NCBI GenBank assembly: GCA_965216875.1
Contig: OZ244207.1
Coordinates: forward strand, 1,504,001-1,568,000
Direction: 5' to 3'
Origin: Rubripirellula sp.
GTDB lineage: Bacteria > Planctomycetota > Planctomycetia > Pirellulales > Pirellulaceae
Length of the DNA: 64,000 bases
The position numbers and the translations under genes were made by a program. This document shows, in pieces, positions 27,914 through 37,154 of the stretch (its first letter is position 1; each line of letters begins with the position of its first letter). The notes under the pieces were generated by a model. The model saw nothing but the letters and a program-made list of their open reading frames with translations. It searched no databases and was not told the origin of the DNA.

Positions 27914-29725
27914 TCACTGGGTGACTGGGAGCTTGTAGCAGACGGCTTCTTGCGAGTTCCTCAGGTAGAGGCGATCTCCAACGACCACTGGGTGGCTCCA
28001 CGATTTGCCGTCGATCGCCTTGAACTTACCGAGCTCGACGTGTTCGTTGCGATCTGCTTTTAGCAACACCAAGTCTCCCTTTTCCGCTGCAACGAGAAGC
28101 AACTTGCTTGCTTCGAGCAAAAGGACTTGCCCTTTGCCATAACGGCCTCGCTTCCATTTGGCGTCGCCCGATTCAAGTTCAATGCACGTGAAGATCGTGC
28201 CGTCGAAACCGAACAGGTGCTGATCGTAGACAACATAATCGTTGAAGTCGGATTTGAGGCGTCGTGATGTCCAAACTTCGTCCGCTTGCCAAACACCTTC
28301 GTCGTCAATCGAAACTTCGATCAAGCGTGTCCCCATTCCCATGCCGGTGGGAATGACGATTTGCTTGTTGTTGACAATCTGTGGTTGAAGCGAGCGGTAG
28401 CCGCTGAAGGGCCACTCATAGCTCAGCAGCATTGTGCCTTCGCTTGGGTCGATGATGTCGATGCCTTGATTGGTCAACATCATCGCGACAACCACACCAT
28501 TGAGCACACCGGGTTGAACGGAACTATACGAGTCTTTTCCAGCAGGGAGCGACCACTGCAGTTCGCCAGACCTTGCGTCGAAGGCGAGCGTTCCCTTGTC
28601 GCCTTTTCCGCCTGCCCAAACCAACACCTTGCCATCGACCACCAAAGGCGATGATGAAAAGCCCCAAACTGGGACATCGCGATCGGCGACTTCTCGAAGA
28701 TCTTGCGACCAAATCTCCTGACCGGTTTGAAGGTCGAGCCGCGCAAGTTGCCCCTTGGCACCGAGCACAAACAATCCGTTGTCGGCGATTGTTGGCGTTG
28801 CACGTGGACCTGGGCCGCCAAGTGGGTCGTCAAAGCGAGTTTCGTTCACCCGCGTCCAAAGCTCTTCGCCAGAGTCAGCGAGATAACAAACAACCGTTTC
28901 AAGTTCACCACGTTGCTCGAGTGTGAACAGCAAGTTGCCTGAGACGGCAAAGGAGGACCAGCCGGGGCCAACGGGGATTTTCCATACGAGTTCGGGAGGT
29001 GTTGGATCCCAGGTGGACGCAATGACTGAGTCGCCGTTGCGCCCTTTCATGGCGGGGCCTCGGAACTGCGGCCATTCTGGGGACGCGAGCCATTCGTTTA
29101 GTTGCTCACTTGTTGCCGAGGCTTGTGTTGCTGTGCCGTCCGCCTTTGCTGCGAGCATCACGTCCTCGGGCGATGGCGCGAAACGCCAATGAAGGCCGAG
29201 TGCAAAGTTGCCCCAGAATCCATCCGACCGAAAGAGGATTGAGACGGAGAATCCAAGCAGGGCGGCAAGTGACAAGAGCCAGGTTCGTCGCGCCGAAAGC
29301 GTGCGCGAGAAGACAGCTGCCATCACCGCCATCGCTGCGAATCCCATCGGAATGGTCATCACCATCGTGCCGGGCCCCCGCATGGTTGGATGCAGACAAG
29401 CGACGACCGCGATCAATCCCGCAAACACGACCACCGCGCCCAGCAGTCGCTCACGCCATGTTGCACGACTAAAGGCAAGCCACCAGATCAAGATCAAGAC
29501 CGAGCAGAGGAGCGGGCCGAATGCGGAGGACATCCAAAGGTAGGCCGGTCCATCTTCAATCAGCGATGGCAACGCTCGAAGAATCATCATGCCGACGACG
29601 AGCAGCAGGGCGGGCCATACTCGCAGGGGGCGGAATGAACTGGGGGCCGCTTCGTCGGCGGGATTCTTCGCCTCCTGGTCCGAATCGAGCTCGGTTTGCT
29701 CGCCGCCGTGTTCTTGATCGCTCAT
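27914..29725 (-). CDS. Membrane-anchored PQQ-binding-like beta-propeller protein
   Basis: About five N-terminal TM segments, then WPQFRGP, WKIPVGPGWSS, GPRATPTI, WGFSSSP and WSHPVV. Confidence 0.9.
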   Translation of the reverse strand: MSDQEHGGEQTELDSDQEAKNPADEAAPSSFRPLRVWPALLLVVGMMILRALPSLIEDGPAYLWMSSAFGPLLCSVLILIWWLAFSRATWRERLLGAVVVFAGLIAVVACLHPTMRGPGTMVMTIPMGFAAMAVMAAVFSRTLSARRTWLLSLAALLGFSVSILFRSDGFWGNFALGLHWRFAPSPEDVMLAAKADGTATQASATSEQLNEWLASPEWPQFRGPAMKGRNGDSVIASTWDPTPPELVWKIPVGPGWSSFAVSGNLLFTLEQRGELETVVCYLADSGEELWTRVNETRFDDPLGGPGPRATPTIADNGLFVLGAKGQLARLDLQTGQEIWSQDLREVADRDVPVWGFSSSPLVVDGKVLVWAGGKGDKGTLAFDARSGELQWSLPAGKDSYSSVQPGVLNGVVVAMMLTNQGIDIIDPSEGTMLLSYEWPFSGYRSLQPQIVNNKQIVIPTGMGMGTRLIEVSIDDEGVWQADEVWTSRRLKSDFNDYVVYDQHLFGFDGTIFTCIELESGDAKWKRGRYGKGQVLLLEASKLLLVAAEKGDLVLLKADRNEHVELGKFKAIDGKSWSHPVVVGDRLYLRNSQEAVCYKLPVTQ

Positions 29726-29921
29726 CGCTTTCGCTACCTCCTGATCCGCCAGAAATACCGCGTGAAGTTTCTTTGAACGACAGGTGTTGTCGCTTTTTGT
29801 GCGTGCGGGGGTCGCACATAGGTCCGCGGCGCGGCACTGTGATCAGGGCCGATCGCAGGTTTTCTTCGCTCCGCACGACCGTCATGATCGCTTCTTAGGG
29901 GGGCGAATTGACGACCTAAAG

Positions 29922-30012
29922 GTTGCATCCTAGGCAACTGGAAGCACGTTTTTCAAGTAGCACGACCGAGCACTTGCAGCCGAATTGCAACCGCGTACGA
30001 TTTGTGGTTGCA
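29922..30012. promoter_or_regulatory. Cluster of TTGC/GCAA palindromes upstream of the ZIP transporter (candidate metalloregulator boxes)
   Basis: GTTGC-N7-GCAAC (29922-29938), TTGCA-N7-TGCAA (29974-29990) and TGCAACC...GGTTGCA (29986-30012). Confidence 0.35.
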
Positions 30013-30092
30013 GCTTCACCGAAATTTCATTCTTTCCCGCGGGCGACCTTTCCCGCGGCGGTCCCAACCCATAGCGTTGGGCCTCGCACTTC

Positions 30093-31007
30093 ATGTACCT
30101 CACTCTGCTTGTTGTCTACTGCGTTCTGATCGTTGCCGGCTCGGTAGCCGGTGGTTGGTTGCCTGCGCTGGTCCGAATGACCCACCTACGCACGCAGTTG
30201 TTGATGAGCTTCGTGGCGGGGTTGATGCTCGGGATCGCGCTGCTGCACATGTTGCCCCACGCGTCTCACACGATGACGTCACAAGCTGCGACCGGCGGGG
30301 CCGTCTTGTTCGGCATCATTGCGATGTTCCTTTTGATGCGTGCCTTCCACACCCACGCTCACGGTGACATCGACGATCACCATCACCATCATGGCGACGA
30401 TCATCACGATCACGACGATCAGCACGGTCACGAACAGGGTGAACATGATCATGAACATCATCACGATCATGACCATTCCAAGGGGCTCGGTTGGGTTGGC
30501 ATGCTTTTGGGGTTGGGTTTGCACACATTGATGGACGGCGTAGCGCTCGCTGCAAGTGTTGCCGCCGATGCCAATCATTCGCCCTGGCTTGGGCTCGCTG
30601 GGTTCGGAACCTTCCTGGCGGTCGTGCTGCACAAACCGCTCGACGCTTTTGCGATCACTTCGGTGATGAAAAAGGACGGTTGGACGCCGGCTCAGCAAAC
30701 CTTGGTGAACCTGACCTTTTCGTTCGCCTGTCCGGTGGGTGCACTCCTTTTTTACTTCGGCGCGACTCACTTTGCCGACGACGGCCAAGTGCTGGGCCTC
30801 GGGCTCGCGGTGTCGGCCGGTTTCTTCATCTGCATTGCGCTCGCCGACCTGCTTCCCGAAGTCGCGTTCCATGATCACGATCGAATGAAATTAACCACGG
30901 CGCTGCTTGTTGGCGTCGGCCTTGCCGTGGTGATCGAGAACCTGCCGGGGCACCAGCACGCCACCCCAGTGGCGCCTCCGACCGAACAGGTTGAACCACC
31001 GGTTTGA
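30093..31007 (+). CDS. ZIP-family divalent metal (Zn/Fe/Mn) transporter with His-rich loop
   Basis: About eight TM segments, LHMLPH, LHTLMDGVAL, VLHKPLD and ADLLPE, plus a long His/Asp-rich loop. Confidence 0.93.
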   Translation: MYLTLLVVYCVLIVAGSVAGGWLPALVRMTHLRTQLLMSFVAGLMLGIALLHMLPHASHTMTSQAATGGAVLFGIIAMFLLMRAFHTHAHGDIDDHHHHHGDDHHDHDDQHGHEQGEHDHEHHHDHDHSKGLGWVGMLLGLGLHTLMDGVALAASVAADANHSPWLGLAGFGTFLAVVLHKPLDAFAITSVMKKDGWTPAQQTLVNLTFSFACPVGALLFYFGATHFADDGQVLGLGLAVSAGFFICIALADLLPEVAFHDHDRMKLTTALLVGVGLAVVIENLPGHQHATPVAPPTEQVEPPV

Positions 31008-31197
31008 TCGATTGGCCCAGCGTGAACGGGCAGGTCGCGTTGGGTGAAAACAGGCGGACCGGAGAGGCGAAATCGGTTTGTTGACCGAGAGCGTTGCGTC
31101 AACGAAAATGTGCCTCCCCCGTTGCCTCCCTATGATCGAGGCATCCCCCAGCCACCTCTTGGTCATGATTCTGGCCAACTCTTTGAAAGGAAAGACC

Positions 31198-33084
31198 TTG
31201 ATCTTCTTTCGACGCCACCACACCACCACAAAACCTCTTGCGCTCATCGCAGTAGCATTCCTCGCTGCGATTTGCCTGGCTCAGCGCCCGGTCCAAGCAA
31301 ACACGGACCGCCCCAACATCCTGTGGATCACGAGCGAGGACAACAGCGTCAACTGGGTCAGCTGTTACGGAGGCACGAATGCCCAGACACCTGCGATCGA
31401 CCAATTGGCCAAGGAAGGTTTTCGCTATACCCACTGTTTCGACAACGCGGCTGTTTGCGCACCGACGCGATCGTGCTGGATCACCGGGATGTTCGCGATC
31501 TCGAACGGTACCCAACCGATGCGGAGCCGAAACCTGATCCCACATGACCGGATCAAGTACTATCCCGACCTGTTACGTGCGGCCGGTTATCACACATCGA
31601 ATCCGAGCAAGACCGACTACAACATCGGAGGGCGCGAGGACAAAGCTTGTTGGGACTACGCGGGTAAGAAACCGAAAACCCAATACGGTTGGCGTTTGCG
31701 AAAAGAAGGACAGCCGTTTTTTGCGATCGTCAATATCACGGAAAGTCACGAAAGTCGCGCTCATGGCGACGTCGAAAATCCCGGCAAAGACCCGGCCAAG
31801 ATGACGCTCGCATCGTATCACCCCGATCTGCCCGCGATTCGGAAGAACTACGCCAAGTACGCGACCGCCGTCGAGCGAATGGATCGAAGGGTCCAAGATG
31901 CGATCGATGCGCTCAAGGCCGACGGACTGTATGACGACACGATCATCATCTACAACTCGGACCATGGTGGGGTCATGGCGCGAAGCAAACGATTTGTTTA
32001 CGCCAGCGGAATCCATTGTCCGCTTGTTGTGCGCATTCCTGAAAAGCTCAAGCACCTTTACCCAGCGGACAAGCCGGGGACGACAGTTGACCGTATCGTC
32101 AGCTTCGTAGACATGCCCAAAACCTGGCTCAGTCTTGCCGGTGCCGAGATCCCCGAAACGTTTCAAGGCACTGTCTTCTTGGGCAAGAACGCGGAACCAG
32201 CACCGCAATACCATTTCGGATTTCGGGAGCGAGCCGACGAACGATTGGATAGTGTTCGGATGGTTCGTGACGAGCGATTTGCCTATCACAAGAATTACAT
32301 GCCCTACGCCCCTGCCGGGCAACACTTGGCCTACCTTTGGAAAGCTCCCGCGACGCCCGCTTGGGAACAGCACCACCGTGAGGGGAAGACAAACGATATC
32401 ACGGGCCGTTTCTTTCGTCCCCGCGTCAGTGAAGAGTTTTACGACAACGACGCCGACTTTGATAACGTTCACAACCTGATCAACAAGGCCGAGCATCAAG
32501 CCAAGATCGCTGAACTGAAAGCGGAGATGCGGCGCCAGCAGCTTGAGCTCTACGACTCGGGTCTGCTGCCGGAGAAGATGCGAGAGCGACGAGCCGCCGA
32601 AAATGACATGACGATCTACGACATGATTCGTGATCCATCGCTCTACCCGCTCGCGAAATACCTCGATGCAGCCGATTTGGCCCTCGAACGCGATTCGAAG
32701 CACTTGGCCACCTTCACTCAATGGCTCTCTGACGACGACGCCGGCATGCGATGGTGGGGGGTCGTTGGGCTTCATCTTCTCGAAGGCGATTCGGCCGCGT
32801 CAAAAGCTCAGCTTACCGAAGCTCTCGATGACTCGGCGCATGAAATTCGGATGATGGCTGCGTGGACGTTGATCAAACTCGGCGAGAAAGAAAAGGCACT
32901 GGCTTGCTTGGACAATCTGCTGTTTGAAGGGACGCACAACGAAATCATGTTGCAGAACGTAATTGATTGGATGGGCGAGCCTGGATTGCCGTTGGTCAAG
33001 AAGTTCGTCGAAAGCGGCCAGACGCGAAAAGGTAAATACGGCATCAGCATCTTTGGCCGTATCGCCGAGCTTCAAGGCTGGTAA
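31198..33084 (+). CDS. Sulfatase with C-terminal HEAT-like repeats
   Basis: TTG 31198 follows AAAGGA and begins a signal peptide. Contains RPNILWITSED, VCAPTRSCWITG and SDHG. The C-terminus has LSDDDAGMRWW / LDDSAHEIRMMAA repeats. Confidence 0.92.
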   Translation: MIFFRRHHTTTKPLALIAVAFLAAICLAQRPVQANTDRPNILWITSEDNSVNWVSCYGGTNAQTPAIDQLAKEGFRYTHCFDNAAVCAPTRSCWITGMFAISNGTQPMRSRNLIPHDRIKYYPDLLRAAGYHTSNPSKTDYNIGGREDKACWDYAGKKPKTQYGWRLRKEGQPFFAIVNITESHESRAHGDVENPGKDPAKMTLASYHPDLPAIRKNYAKYATAVERMDRRVQDAIDALKADGLYDDTIIIYNSDHGGVMARSKRFVYASGIHCPLVVRIPEKLKHLYPADKPGTTVDRIVSFVDMPKTWLSLAGAEIPETFQGTVFLGKNAEPAPQYHFGFRERADERLDSVRMVRDERFAYHKNYMPYAPAGQHLAYLWKAPATPAWEQHHREGKTNDITGRFFRPRVSEEFYDNDADFDNVHNLINKAEHQAKIAELKAEMRRQQLELYDSGLLPEKMRERRAAENDMTIYDMIRDPSLYPLAKYLDAADLALERDSKHLATFTQWLSDDDAGMRWWGVVGLHLLEGDSAASKAQLTEALDDSAHEIRMMAAWTLIKLGEKEKALACLDNLLFEGTHNEIMLQNVIDWMGEPGLPLVKKFVESGQTRKGKYGISIFGRIAELQGW

Positions 33085-33087
33085 AGG

Positions 33088-33188
33088 CGAGGCCGGATCT
33101 AGGAGCGACAGCGACGCAGCTCCGGCAATCAACACAAAAACGTCCCCCATGCTGGATCAGCGTCGCTGCGCTCCTTGATCCGGCCTAC
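33088..33188. repeat. REP doublet (REPIN/BIME-like), family A: subtype b arm plus subtype a arm
   Basis: Left arm 33088-33127 (GTAG degenerated to CGAG), a 22-nt spacer, and an inverted arm 33150-33188 ending CCGGCCTAC. Confidence 0.9.
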
Positions 33189-33446
33189 GGCCCCGCGGCC
33201 GAGTCATCTCCAGCGCCCCTGCTCGGCCGGGGGACACTTGTGCATCATATAGATTCATGATGTCTTGGCGGTCGCAATGGCGTACCATCAATGCTTGCTG
33301 GCCTCTCCTCAAGGTCGCCCAAACACATCAAGCATGGTTGCCATTATCTATCCAAAATTCTGAGACACGAGATTAGCGAGCTGAACCCCGAGGAGATCCG
33401 CTGCCACGTCTGAAGCCCGACACACCACTTTGTGAGGTTCTGGAAG

Positions 33447-34667
33447 ATGAGAGTGCATCGATCGAGAAACGCGTTCACGTTGGTCGAACTGTTGGTTGTG
33501 ATTGCAATCATTGGGGTCTTGGTTGGGTTGCTTTTGCCTGCCGTTCAGGCGGCTCGCGAAGCAGCCCGACGAATGAGTTGCAGCAACAACTTCAAGCAAA
33601 TTGGCTTGGCGCTTCACAACTATCATTCGACCTACAAGCAGATCCCAAAGCACGGCACTGGCACAAATCCCACGCCCGCCGATGCTTGGTTTCGACCCTC
33701 TGACCTCGGCAACCGCTTTCGCCTGGGCGCTCTTGTTTCGATGACTCCATTCATTGAACAACAAGCACTTTGGGAACAGATCGTTTTCCAAAACGCAGCG
33801 CGCACCGACGGCGGCGTTCAAAACCCACCCTGGCCTGCGATGGGGCCGACACCTGACCGAATCCAGTACATTCCCTGGGTGAATGAGATTCCGACCTACC
33901 GATGTCCAAGCGATCCGGGCGTCGGGCTTCCAGCGTTGGGGCGAACGAATTACGCCGCCTGTTTGGGAGATTCGATGTGGTTGTTGCACGTTGCGCCCTA
34001 CAACAACAATCGAACGAGGATCACAAACGGACGGTACCGTCACGCCAGGGCGGCGCACCGCGGCTTCTTCCAGCCGTTCCAAGATGGCAGGTTCCGCGAT
34101 GTTCTTGATGGACTCTCGACCACCATCGCGATGGGCGAAATCATCACCGCACTTCAGGATGGCGACAAACGCGGCAACGGTGTGGCAACCAACGGGGGCA
34201 ACTCGGGGCCGTTCGGGTTTGCTGCTCTTCGCAACAATCCCTCGCTTTGTGAAGACAATGGCTATATCGACCCAGAACGCCCGCAGTTTTGGTTGCCTCA
34301 ATGGCAACAGCAAAATCGGCGGAATTTCGCACGAGGGCATCGCTGGGCAAGCGTTTATCCGATCATGACCGGCGTCCTCACCATTTTGCCACCGAATCGA
34401 GAAACATGTGGTCGGTACAATGCGTTGGGAACCACACTTGTCGCTCCGCCTTCGAGCCGGCATCAAGGTGGCGCCCATGTTTTGATGGGCGACGGCGCAG
34501 TGATCTTCATCTCCGATTCGATCGAAGCGGGCAACTCACGCGCTCCAATGGTTTGGCTCAATGGCACCGGCGATGCGGCACCAGGCGCGCCAAGTCCGTA
34601 TGGGCTCTGGGGTGCATTGGGAACACGTGATGGCAAAGAAACGATTGAAGAGGAGCTGAACCAATGA
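33447..34667 (+). CDS. DUF1559 prepilin-type N-terminal cleavage/methylation protein
   Basis: [44 protein letters not shown] and the H-X9-DG motif [14 protein letters not shown]. Confidence 0.96.
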   Translation: MRVHRSRNAFTLVELLVVIAIIGVLVGLLLPAVQAAREAARRMSCSNNFKQIGLALHNYHSTYKQIPKHGTGTNPTPADAWFRPSDLGNRFRLGALVSMTPFIEQQALWEQIVFQNAARTDGGVQNPPWPAMGPTPDRIQYIPWVNEIPTYRCPSDPGVGLPALGRTNYAACLGDSMWLLHVAPYNNNRTRITNGRYRHARAAHRGFFQPFQDGRFRDVLDGLSTTIAMGEIITALQDGDKRGNGVATNGGNSGPFGFAALRNNPSLCEDNGYIDPERPQFWLPQWQQQNRRNFARGHRWASVYPIMTGVLTILPPNRETCGRYNALGTTLVAPPSSRHQGGAHVLMGDGAVIFISDSIEAGNSRAPMVWLNGTGDAAPGAPSPYGLWGALGTRDGKETIEEELNQ

Positions 34668-34852
34668 AACGCTTGAGCACGCTTGTTCTGATCAGCTTCG
34701 TCCTGGCGTTGGGTTGCGGTCGCAAAGAGAATCCGCTCGCAACCGACGGCGCGACTGCGGAAGACTTTGCCAAGTACGAAGCCGAGCTCGCCGCGGTCTC
34801 TGGCGGCGATAGCTACGAAGATGCCGAAGGAGGCGACGACGAAGTGGAGTGA
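34664..34852 (+). CDS. Small acidic lipoprotein coupled to the DUF1559 gene
   Basis: ATGA overlap with the DUF1559 gene; signal peptide with lipobox ALGC; 62 aa. Confidence 0.8.
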   Translation: MKRLSTLVLISFVLALGCGRKENPLATDGATAEDFAKYEAELAAVSGGDSYEDAEGGDDEVE

Positions 34853-34862
34853 CGGTTCTGCT

Positions 34863-34962
34863 GTAGGCCGGATCAAGGAGCGCAGCGACGCTGATCCGGC
34901 ACGCAACACGAACTCGCTCACGATGCCGGATCAGCATCGCTGCGCTCCTTGATCCGGCCTAC
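34863..34962. repeat. 100-bp REP doublet (REPIN) downstream of the RAYT
   Basis: GTAGGCCGGATCAAGGAGCGCAGCGACGCTGATCCGGCA (34863-34901), a 22-nt spacer, and an inverted copy at 34924-34962 with one mismatch. Confidence 0.97.
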
Positions 34963-35510
34963 GGTTCACCCCAGTCGTCGTCGAGGCCGGTCAGCGCCTT
35001 CCCTCCCCAGTCGATGTCATATTGCCCTTGTTCGACAAACCGATGAAACGACGACCAATTCCAGTCGCGTACGCGCTCGACGAGCTGGTGTCTCCGGGGA
35101 TTCCAATGAATGTAGTCGGCACAGCGTTCAAGATCTTCTTCGTCGGCGACGGTGTGTTCCCAGAATCGCGGCTGCCAGATGCCGCGTTCCCCACGGACAC
35201 GCTGGGACTGGGTAACTTGTGGTTCCGCTAATCCAGAATCGAGCCATTGCCTCGTGAACTCAGATTTGATCTGTCGCAGCCGCAACGAATAGCGATCGTC
35301 GCCCGGTGGCAATTGCATAATCAGATGCCAATGATCTGGCAGCAGCACGGTTGCCACGAGGGCGAAGGGATGACGCTGCTTTACCGACACAATGGCTTTG
35401 TGGAGGAACAGGCGGCCAGATGCTGTCGTGAGGATTCTTCGCCGTCCGTAGATCACCAACGTGAAGAAGTATGTACCGCCTGGTACGAAGTACCTGCGAA
35501 AGTCTGACAT
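34959..35510 (-). mobile_element. rayT: REP-associated tyrosine transposase (RAYT/TnpA-REP; IS200/IS605 Y1 HUH superfamily)
   Basis: MSDFRRYFVPGGTYFFTLV, HUH motif LPDHWHL, IWQPRFWEH, catalytic Tyr in DYIHWNP and WNWSSFHR. Flanked on both sides by REP doublets. Confidence 0.96.
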
Positions 35511-35573
35511 GATCGGGTGCCCCGTTGCGTACGCCATGCCGTCAATAGCATCCCCAATATAGCTGGAATCGCC

Positions 35574-35673
35574 GTAGGCCGGATCAAGGAGCGCAGCGAC
35601 GCTGATCCGGCACGCAGAAAAGTGGATTTGGAAATGCCGGATCAGCGTCGCTGCGCTCCTTGATCCGGCCTAC
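35574..35673. repeat. 100-bp REP doublet (REPIN) upstream of the RAYT
   Basis: 39-nt arm at 35574-35612, a 22-nt spacer, and a perfect inverted arm at 35635-35673. Confidence 0.97.
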
Positions 35674-35761
35674 CTTGCTATGTTGCTTGGATGTTGGGCG
35701 GGATTACATTCTCGAAGTCGTTCGCCGCCGCTTCATTCTCATCTCCCCTTTCTAAAACGTC

Positions 35762-37129
35762 ATGATGACCGAGCCACATCCAGCGGAACCTGCAGACGAA
35801 CTTCGCGACGCCATCGAAGCTGCTGACGCCGAGGCCGCGGAATCGTGCCTCGAGGAAATCTCGTCCAGCGAGTCTGCGCTGGCAGTGACAAGACTTGACG
35901 ACAAGAGCCAAACGGAACTTCTCACAATGCTGCCTGCTGAAAGTGCGGCCCAATTGCTTGAGGAGTTACCCGAATCGGAGTCAGCGGAAATCGTTCGGCA
36001 CCTACCTTCGGACGATGCGGCCGAGATTCTGGATGTCGTTCGAAGCGATGCGCAAGCCGATATTCTTGGGCGACTGCCCGAAACGGAAGCGGAAGCCATT
36101 CTCAATGAGATGTCGCCCGAGCATGCAGAGGATGCGCGGCAGCTCATGCAGTATGATCCGCAAACGGCCGGCGGGCTGATGGTGCGCGAGTACCTGCACT
36201 ACCGCAAGGAGGAGACGGTCAACGACGTGTTTACCGATCTGCGCGGTAACGCCGATCGTTACCGATCCTACGACGTACAGTATGGCTACGTGCTGTCATC
36301 GGACGATCACCTCGTTGGCGTACTGCGTCTGCGAGATATGTTACTGGCCGACGGCGACGATCAACTCGCGAATTTGATGATCGAAGCTCCCTTGCATGTC
36401 GCGACGAACGATGACCTCAGCAGTCTTAGCGCGTTTTTCGATCGTTACGATTTTCTTGGTGTGCCGGTCGTCGATGACCAGCGACGAATCGTTGGCGTGC
36501 TCCGCCAGAGCGATGTTCGGGAAGCGGTTGCCGAATCAGCTGACCGAACCCTCTTGAAGTTGACCGGTATTTCAGGTGGCGAGGAATTGCGCACCATGCC
36601 GCTTCGCGCCCGAAGCACCCGGCGACTCTCTTGGCTTAGTATCAACATCGTGTTGAATATCATCGCCGCCAGTGTGATCGCAATGTATCAAGAGACACTT
36701 GAGGCTGTGATCGCGTTGGCCGTCTTTCTGCCGATCATTTCTGATATGAGCGGCTGCAGTGGCAACCAAGCGGTCGCAGTCAGCATGCGAGAACTTTCAC
36801 TCGGGCTCATTCGTCCAAACGAATACTTGCGCGTGCTCTGGAAAGAATCGGCAGTCGGGATCGTCAACGGCATCGCCCTCGGCCTGTTGCTTGGGACCGT
36901 GGCGATCCTTTGGAAAGGTATCCCGGCGCTGGGATTGGTTGTGGCGTTGGCGCTGATGGGCAACACAATCATCGCCGTTTGTATCGGCGGCAGCGTTCCA
37001 CTTTTGCTCAAAGGGTTGAATCAGGATCCTGCGCTTGCTTCGGGGCCGATCCTTACCACGGTGACCGATATGTGCGGATTCTTCTTGGTGCTTTCTCTCG
37101 CGACATTGATGCTGCCGATGTTGACCTAG
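35762..37129 (+). CDS. mgtE: Magnesium transporter MgtE
   Basis: Acidic N-domain, YDPQTAGGLM, a CBS pair, RRLSWL, PIISDMSGCSGNQA and DPALASGPILTTVTD. Confidence 0.96.
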   Translation: MMTEPHPAEPADELRDAIEAADAEAAESCLEEISSSESALAVTRLDDKSQTELLTMLPAESAAQLLEELPESESAEIVRHLPSDDAAEILDVVRSDAQADILGRLPETEAEAILNEMSPEHAEDARQLMQYDPQTAGGLMVREYLHYRKEETVNDVFTDLRGNADRYRSYDVQYGYVLSSDDHLVGVLRLRDMLLADGDDQLANLMIEAPLHVATNDDLSSLSAFFDRYDFLGVPVVDDQRRIVGVLRQSDVREAVAESADRTLLKLTGISGGEELRTMPLRARSTRRLSWLSINIVLNIIAASVIAMYQETLEAVIALAVFLPIISDMSGCSGNQAVAVSMRELSLGLIRPNEYLRVLWKESAVGIVNGIALGLLLGTVAILWKGIPALGLVVALALMGNTIIAVCIGGSVPLLLKGLNQDPALASGPILTTVTDMCGFFLVLSLATLMLPMLT

Positions 37130-37154
37130 CCAGGTGTTGACCGGAGGCTGGCAG

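Noticed and set aside
31573..34478. Long minus-strand ORFs of 400 aa (31573-32775) and 376 aa (33348-34478)
   Set aside because: These are antisense shadows of the sulfatase and DUF1559 genes, as expected in GC-rich coding DNA.
33088..35673. CRISPR array (conserved repeats with equal-length variable spacers)
   Set aside because: The repeats are inverted pairs rather than a direct-repeat array, there are no cas genes, and the RAYT/REP system explains them.
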